From Octopus vulgaris (taxonomy: Eukaryota), in contig OX597842.1 in the NCBI GenBank assembly GCA_951406725.2, forward strand, positions 34,038,001-34,102,000: a stretch of 64,000 nucleotides of DNA, read 5' to 3'. Positions 56,362 through 64,000 of this stretch are shown here, piece after piece. The position numbers and the translations under genes were made by a program. The number at the start of each line of letters is the position of its first letter. The first letter of the stretch is position 1. The notes below the pieces were generated by a model. That model did not search any database, was not told the origin of the DNA, and saw only the letters and a program-made list of their open reading frames with translations.

Positions 56362-56770
56362 TACTCTTTTACTCTTTTATTTGTTTCAGTCATTTGACTG
56401 CGGCCATGCTGGATCACCGCCTTTAATCGAGCAACTCGACCCCGGGACTTATTCTTTTGTAAGCCCAGTACTTATTCTATCAGTCTCTTTTGCCGAACCG
56501 CTAAGTAACGGGGACATAAACACACCAGCATCGGTTGTCAAGCAATGCTAGAGGGACAAACACAGACACACAAACATACACACGTACATATATATATACA
56601 TATATCCGACAGGCTTCTTTCAGTTTCCGTCTACCAAATCCACTCACAAGGCATTGGTCGGCCCGGGGCTATAGCAGAAGACACTTGCCCAAGGTGCCCC
56701 GCAGTGGGACTGAACCCGGAACCATGTGGTTGGTTATCAAGCTACTTACCACACAGCCACTCCTGCGCCT
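56362..56770 (-). mobile_element. SINE family A, full length
   Basis: Reverse complement of 45305-45698. Confidence 0.93.
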
Positions 56771-57775
56771 ATATAAGTATATATATATAGAATGTAAGGT
56801 GGCTGGGCCGGATCCCTTGGTCCCTTTTGCTGACTGACACATTTTAGTGACTTTGGTATCGGAGACTTGTGCATGTAAACCGCTTGGAGATTTCATCTAC
56901 TTCGAACACCTCTCCGTTGGTTCAGCTTAACAAACATATGTATGTATATATATATATGTGAGTGTGTGCGTGTGTGTGTGTGTGTGTTTGTGTGTGGGTG
57001 TGTGTGTGTGTGTTTCTGTCATGAATGACCATGGGACAGAACCTAGAAAGTCCCCCTCTGAGGTACGAGTCCAGGCAAGGTTGTTTTATGGAAGATCAGT
57101 AGTCACTCAAGCATACCAGATCCCTCTCTCCACGCCACTGATGTTATCCAAGGGAAAGGTGGTGGTGGTGGTGGTGATGGTAATGATGATGATGAGGAGG
57201 AGGTTGATGATGACGATGATGTTGTTGATAATGACGATGATGATGATGATGACGATGATGATGATAACGATGATGATGACGATGATGATGATAAAGATGA
57301 TGGTGATGACGATGATGATGAGGTGAAGTTGACGACGATGATGATGATGATGGTGTTGATGATGATGGTGATGACAATGATGATGAAGTGAAGTTGATGA
57401 CGATGATGATGATGATGATGACGATAAAAATGATGACGATGATGATGATGGATGAAGATAATGACAACGATGATGGTGATGGTGTTGTTGATGATGATGA
57501 TAATGATTATGATGATGATGATGAGGGTGATGACAATTATGATGATGACGACAGTGGTGATAAGGACGAAAGAAAAGACGACAACATGATGTAGAAAGCA
57601 CATACAAGCGGACGTCGTATATACACACACATACGAAGAGGAGAGAGAAAGAGAGAGCAGACGAACGCACGCTTGTATATATATGTATATATATATATAT
57701 ACACATACGCATATATGTATGATATTATACACATGTATATATATATTATATAATATATATATATATTTATGTATG

Positions 57776-57811
<36 letters not shown>

Positions 57812-57998
57812 CAGACAGCGGCCAACAGAGGGAGACACATACATCACACACATACAGACACACGGACAGACAATTGTTTAATTAATTTCTAAAAACTCAT
57901 TCATTTGATATTTCTAGTATTTGAAAAATTTTCATTAAAATATTGATTTCATTCACCTTACTCTAATTTGCATATGTAGATATGTATATATATATATA

Positions 57999-58056
<58 letters not shown>

Positions 58057-58224
58057 TATATTTATATATATATACATATATATATATATGTATATATATA
58101 TATGCATACATATATACATATATATATATGTATATATATATGCATATATATATATGCATATATATATATATATATATATATACATACATATATATAAGTG
58201 ATTGTCTATATATGTGTATATATG

Positions 58225-58256
<32 letters not shown>

Positions 58257-58276
58257 TATGTGAATGTCCATATATG

Positions 58277-58343
<67 letters not shown>

Positions 58344-58461
58344 ATATGTATGTATGTATTATGTATGTATACACATATATACGTAGGTATGGCAATCGCC
58401 GTTGCGTGAACCTCAAGCTGGGAAATAATTTGCATTAAATACATTACATGTGTCTTTTTAG

Positions 58462-58526
<65 letters not shown>

Positions 58527-58531
58527 GTTAC

Positions 58532-58579
<48 letters not shown>

Positions 58580-58636
58580 GTTATACACGTATGTATGTAA
58601 GCATCTATAAACTTAAGTATGCATACATATTATTCT

Positions 58637-58771
58637 GGCGCAGGCGTGGCTGTGTGGTAAGAAGCTTGCTTCCCAACCACGTAGTTCCGTGTTCATTCCC
58701 ATTGCATGGCACCTAGGGCAAGTGCCTTCTATTATAGCCTCCGGCCGACCAAGGCCTTGTGAGTGGGTTTG
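58637..58771 (+). mobile_element. SINE family A, 5' part
   Basis: ggcgcaggcgtggctgtgtggtaag…gggcaagtgccttctattatagcc…ccttgtgagtggg. Confidence 0.8.
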
Positions 58772-59549
58772 GGAGTCTGTGTGTGTGTGTGTGTCGAAGG
58801 GTAGGTATTATTTAATGGCAATCAAACTCGGCTCTTTCCATCTTGTTAGACTCGCCTCAAGCGAACCCTTCTCGTCAGGCAAAGGAGGCTGAATACATTA
58901 ACCTCTTTCATCACGGCGCACCTCTTATAATTTACCAAGATTGCTGTAACGCTGTTGCATTCCGATAACATAACTATTACTACTACTACTGCTATTGCTG
59001 CTGTTACTACTACTACCACCACAACCACCACCACTACTACTACTGCTACTTCTACCTTAACCACTACCACCATCACCACAACCACTGTTACTTTAACAAC
59101 AACCACTACTACCACCACAACCACTACTACTACCACTACCACCACCACCACAACCATTACTACTGCTACTAATTTAGCCACAAATATTACTACTACCACC
59201 ACCATAATAACCACCATCACCGCCACCACCACAACAACAACCACCACACTACTACTACTACCACAATCACGTCACTATTACCACTACCCACTCTACTACT
59301 ACCAGCATCACTACTACAACTATTATTATAACCATTACTACTACTCCCGCTACTACTATTGCTACTATTTATTCTAACATCACCACTACCACCACCACTA
59401 CTACTACTTCTACTACTACTATTACTATCACCACCACCACTAGTCCAGCTACTATTACTACTACTGCTAACTTAATACTGCAAGTACAACCACCACTATC
59501 ATCAATACAACTACATTGCTACTACTAATTCTACCACAACTATTACCGA

Positions 59550-59754
59550 TTTCTTTACTACCCACAAGGGACTAAACACAGAGGGGACAAACAAGGACAG
59601 ACAAACGGATTAAGTCGACTATATCGACCCCAGTGTGTAACTGGCACATATTTAATCGACCACGAAAGGATGAAAGGTAAGGTCGACCTCGGTGGAATTT
59701 GAACTCAGAACACGAAGACAGACGAAATACCTATTTCTTTACTAACCACAAGGG
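59550..59754 (-). mobile_element. SINE family B head-truncated unit plus start of a second tail
   Basis: tttctttactacccacaaggg…gaatttgaactcagaac…tatttctttactaaccacaaggg. Confidence 0.85.
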
Positions 59755-59961
59755 TGATCATGATCACGATGATGATGATGATGATGATTATGGTAACGTT
59801 GATGGTGATAATGATGATGATGATGACGAGGGAGATGATGTTGATGAAAACGATGATCATAATCATCATCATCATCATCATCATCGTCATCTTCCTCTCC
59901 ATCATCATCATTATGGTGATGATGAGAACAAAAACGATGATGATGATGTTGATGATGACGG

Positions 59962-60019
<58 letters not shown>

Positions 60020-60493
60020 GATCATCATCATCATCAACATCATCATAATCATCATCATCATGGTGATGATAATGATTATGACGGCGATGATGATGATGAA
60101 TATTATGGTGATGGTGATGATGATGATGGCGTTGATGATGATGATCGTGACGAGGAGGACGGTGACAGTGATGATGATGATGATGACGATGATGGTAGTG
60201 GTGGTGGTGGTGGTGGTGGTGGCGATGATGACAGTTAATTAATTAAAAAAAGGTGCACGCGCGTAGAAGCGCAACGCACATTTAGCTAAACGCATCACCT
60301 TCTACGCACACGCGTGCACACACATACACACATATATATACACTCTGAAACGTTCATATGAGTGTGTATGTATGTGTGCATGTGTGTGTGAGTATAATTT
60401 ATATGGGTGCGTATATATGCGTGAATGTACGTTTACATACAGATGTACAAATGCATACACCGATATATATACACACATATATATATATATATA

Positions 60494-60530
<37 letters not shown>

Positions 60531-60535
60531 GCGCG

Positions 60536-60567
<32 letters not shown>

Positions 60568-60738
60568 ATGAGTGTGTGCATATGTTTAAAAATAGTGATG
60601 AAAATCTCGAATTGAAAACCAAAATAAAATCTAATAACAATATGAATAACGAAATAATTAATAATAATAATAATAACAATAAAAACAATAACAACAATAA
60701 TAATAACAATAATAACAATAATAATAATAATAATGATG

Positions 60739-60775
<37 letters not shown>

Positions 60776-60785
60776 TAATAATAAC

Positions 60786-60838
<53 letters not shown>

Positions 60839-60921
60839 TAAAAACAATAACAACAATAATAATAACAATAATAACAATAATAATAATAATGATGATAATA
60901 ATAATAATAATAATAATAATG

Positions 60922-60964
<43 letters not shown>

Positions 60965-60996
60965 TAATAATAATAATAATAATAATGATAATAATG

Positions 60997-61033
<37 letters not shown>

Positions 61034-61425
61034 TGATAATAATAATATTAATAATAATAATAGATTTCAGGACATAAATTTTGTTTTGTTTGATTAGGCG
61101 AAACCAGGCATGACAAAACCTAACCCTATTCTTCACTAGAGCCACTATATCCGGTGATGCGAACTATAACCACCACCACTACTACTACAACTACTACTAC
61201 CAACAACACCGCCACCGCAGTCACCACTGGTGCCCACACAGCAATCACTGCTGCGGCCACTAGTGTAGCCATCGTCACTGTAAACTCCACCACCACCGCT
61301 GCAAGCGCAATCACTAACAGCTCTGAGGAGACTATTACATGGTAGCTTTACGCGTTAGAAATAGATGCCAAGATTCCCTCAAATCACACGCCCTGCTGTC
61401 TAATGTACATACATATATATATATA

Positions 61426-61838
61426 TTCTCTCTTTAACTCTTTTACTTGTTTCAGTCATTTGACTGCGGCCATGCTGGAGCACCGCCTTTAATCGAGCAA
61501 CTCGACCCCGGGACTTATTCTTTTTGTAAGCCCAGTACTTATTTTATCAGTCTCTTTTGCCGAACCGCTAAGTAACGGGAATATTAACACACCAGCATCG
61601 GTTGTCAAGCAATGCTAGGGGGACAAACACAGACACACAAACACACACATGCATATATTTATATTTATACATATATACGACGGGCTTCTTTTCAGTTTCC
61701 GTCTACTAAATCCACTCACAAGGCTTTGGTTGGCCCGAGGCTATAGTAGAAACACTTGCCCAAGGTGCCACGCAGTGGGACTGAACCCGGAACCAGGTGG
61801 TTGGTAAACAAGCTACTTACCACACAGCCACTCCTGCG

Positions 61839-61841
<3 letters not shown>
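61426..61841 (-). mobile_element. SINE family A, full length
   Basis: Complete tail-to-head match on the minus strand. Confidence 0.93.
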
Positions 61842-61894
<53 letters not shown>

Positions 61895-61900
61895 CGTATT

Positions 61901-62111
61901 AAGGCGGCGAGCTGGCAGAAACGTTAGCGCGCCGGGCGGAATTCTTAACGGTATTGAGTTCAAATTCCGACGAGGTCGACTTTGCCTTACATCCTTTGGA
62001 GGTCGATAAATAAAGTACCAGTTTCGCACTGGGGGCGATGTAACCGACTTAATTCCTTTGTCTCTCCTTGTTTGCCACCTCTGTTTAGCCCCTTGTGGGC
62101 AGTAAAGAAAT
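61901..62111 (+). mobile_element. tRNA-derived SINE family B with a Nin/Deu-domain-like core
   Basis: Head aaggcggcgagctggcagaaacgttag and B-box-like GAGTTCAAATTCC. The core gtcgactttgccttacatcctttggaggtcgataaataaagtacca resembles the Nin/Deu SINE domain (recalled, not aligned). Confidence 0.85.
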
Positions 62112-62223
62112 ATATATATATATATATATATACGTATGTGTGTGTGTGTGTGTGTGTGTGCATGTATGTATGTATGTATGTATGTATGTATGTATGTATG
62201 TATGTATGTATGTATGTATGTAT

Positions 62224-62490
62224 GAACCATACCAATAATAATTGGAGCACTAGGTTTTGTTGGCAAAAGCTTAAAGGAGAATCTGGATGTACTGGGATTT
62301 TCAAAAAGAGAAATGGACCGGCTAATTCCTATATTATAAGTGTAATCTGTGAGTGGAACAGTAAAAATATGCAAGACTTTTCTCAAGTTCCGAATTTGTA
62401 TTTGAATGTGTTAACTACATCTCATAGCTTTAAGTGACGTGATGCCTACACACGCAAAGACATCTGTGTTTGGAATAAAAGAACTCCATT
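62224..62490 (+). mobile_element. RLE-type (R2/R4/NeSL-group) non-LTR retrotransposon 3' end, decayed
   Basis: Translates TIPIIIGALGFVGKSLKENLDVLGFSKREMDRLIPIL*V*SVSGTVKICKTFLKF. PIIIGALG resembles the C-terminal motif of restriction-like endonucleases. Two in-frame TAA stops. Confidence 0.75.
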
Positions 62491-62516
62491 TAATATATAT
62501 CTCCATTATATATATA

Positions 62517-62895
62517 TCTCTTTTACTCTTTTACTCTTTTACTTGTTTCCGTCATTTGACTGCGGCCATGCTGGAGCACCGCCTTCAATCGAGCAACTCG
62601 ACCCCGGGACTTATTCTTTTGTAATCCCAGTACTTATTCTACCGGTCTCTTTTGCCGAACCACTAAGTAACGGGGACATAAACACACCAGCATCGGTTGT
62701 CAAGCAATGCTAGGGGGACAAACACAGACACACAAACACGCACACGCATATATCTATATATACATATATACGACGGGCTTCTTTCAGTTTCCATCTACCA
62801 AATCCACTCACAAGGCTTTGGTCGGCCCGAGGCTATATTAGAAGACACTTGACCAAGGTGCCACGCAAGCTACTTACCACACAGCCACTCCTGCG

Positions 62896-62898
<3 letters not shown>
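62517..62898 (-). mobile_element. SINE family A with the B-box region deleted
   Basis: ccacgc joins directly to aagctacttacc, skipping agtgggactgaacccggaacc…. Confidence 0.9.
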
Positions 62899-62936
<38 letters not shown>

Positions 62937-63239
62937 TTCGAGACAAAACCACTATTTTGCAAATCAAACAAGGAAAGACTTAATCAATACATAAAAAATT
63001 TTAATATAAAGTAAATAAATCGAATTAATATTATATAATATTTTACTATAAAATTGGATTTAATCCTAAATCTGATTTTTTCCCTGTAATTTTGGATTTA
63101 TTCCCTAATATTTATTATATATATATATATATATATATATTCAAGTATCAGAGTACCCCCCACCACGAGCTATAAGGCCCCTTTCCCGCAATTTGTGGTG
63201 TATATATTTCCCTCCTGCATGAGGCGCTGGTGTGTCACG

Positions 63240-63388
63240 TGGTCATTAAATTTTGCGGACAAATTGGTCTGGAGCATCGTGGAATGAAGTGTTTTAGTCA
63301 AGAACACAACCCATCGGCTGGTCCAGGAATCGAAACCACAATCTCACGATTGTGAGTTCAAGGACCCTAACCACTAAGCCACGCGCGC
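63240..63388 (-). mobile_element. Old tRNA-derived SINE remnant
   Basis: Minus strand gcgcgtggcttagtggttaggg…ggtttcgattcctgg (A and B boxes). Confidence 0.7.
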
Positions 63389-63447
63389 TTCTATCTCCTT
63401 GAGAATACAATCACCACCACCACCGCCACCATCATCGCCGCCACTGC

Positions 63448-63479
<32 letters not shown>

Positions 63480-64000
63480 GAACAGCCATCATCGCTACCA
63501 CAACCATCAACAAAACTACTACCGCCACCACAACCACCACCGCCACCATCACCAACACAACCATCAACGCTACCACAATTATCACAACTACTACTACTAC
63601 TACTACTACTATAACTACGACCACCACCACAACCCTCCCAACCCCACCGTCACCACCACCTCACCGCCGCCACATTAATCACTACCACCCACCATCACCA
63701 TCACCATGACTTCATTACCATCACCACCACCACAACCACCACCATCACCACCACCACCATCACCACCACCACCACAACCACCAACATCACCACCACCACC
63801 ACCGCCACCACCACCATCACCACCACCACCACAACCACCACTATCACCACCACCACCACAACCACCACCATCACCACCGCCACCACAACCACCACCACCA
63901 CCGCTACCAATACAATGATCATCATCATCACCATCACCAACACTCCCACCACCACAATCACAACCCGCCCCACCACCCTCACCACCGCCATCACACACAT

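Noticed and set aside
58830-58882. Minus-strand CTGACGA…GAAA
   Set aside because: Stem II is not closed next to the core and there is no stem III/UH.

Overview
Eukaryotic, AT-rich, non-coding window made mostly of microsatellites ((TA)n, (CA)n, (GATA)n, (GAT)n, (GGT)n, (GAA)n, (AAT)n) and dispersed repeats. The SINE families and repeat density suggest an octopus (coleoid cephalopod) intron or intergenic region; this is an inference. No host protein-coding exon is supportable, and nearly all listed ORFs are microsatellite read-throughs. Supported content: three tRNA-derived SINE families, two of which form head-truncated tandem concatemers; 3' ends of CR1/L2-like and RLE-type non-LTR retrotransposons; a mariner-derived MITE, a second TIR element and a Helitron 3' end; an (AAT)n-associated element; 25-bp and 121-bp tandem arrays; and a 771-bp tandem duplication. 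The main hidden signal is a dense set of minimal type I hammerhead ribozyme (HHR) motifs, seven distinct sequence families and 11 motif copies, in short fragments at (TA)n/(GATA)n tracts, as expected for Penelope-like or retrozyme elements. Two families lie in near-perfect head-to-head fold-backs and carry compensatory swaps of the catalytic C3-G8 pair (G3-C8 and U3-A8). All coordinates were read by eye and element ends are approximate. No database search or folding program was run.
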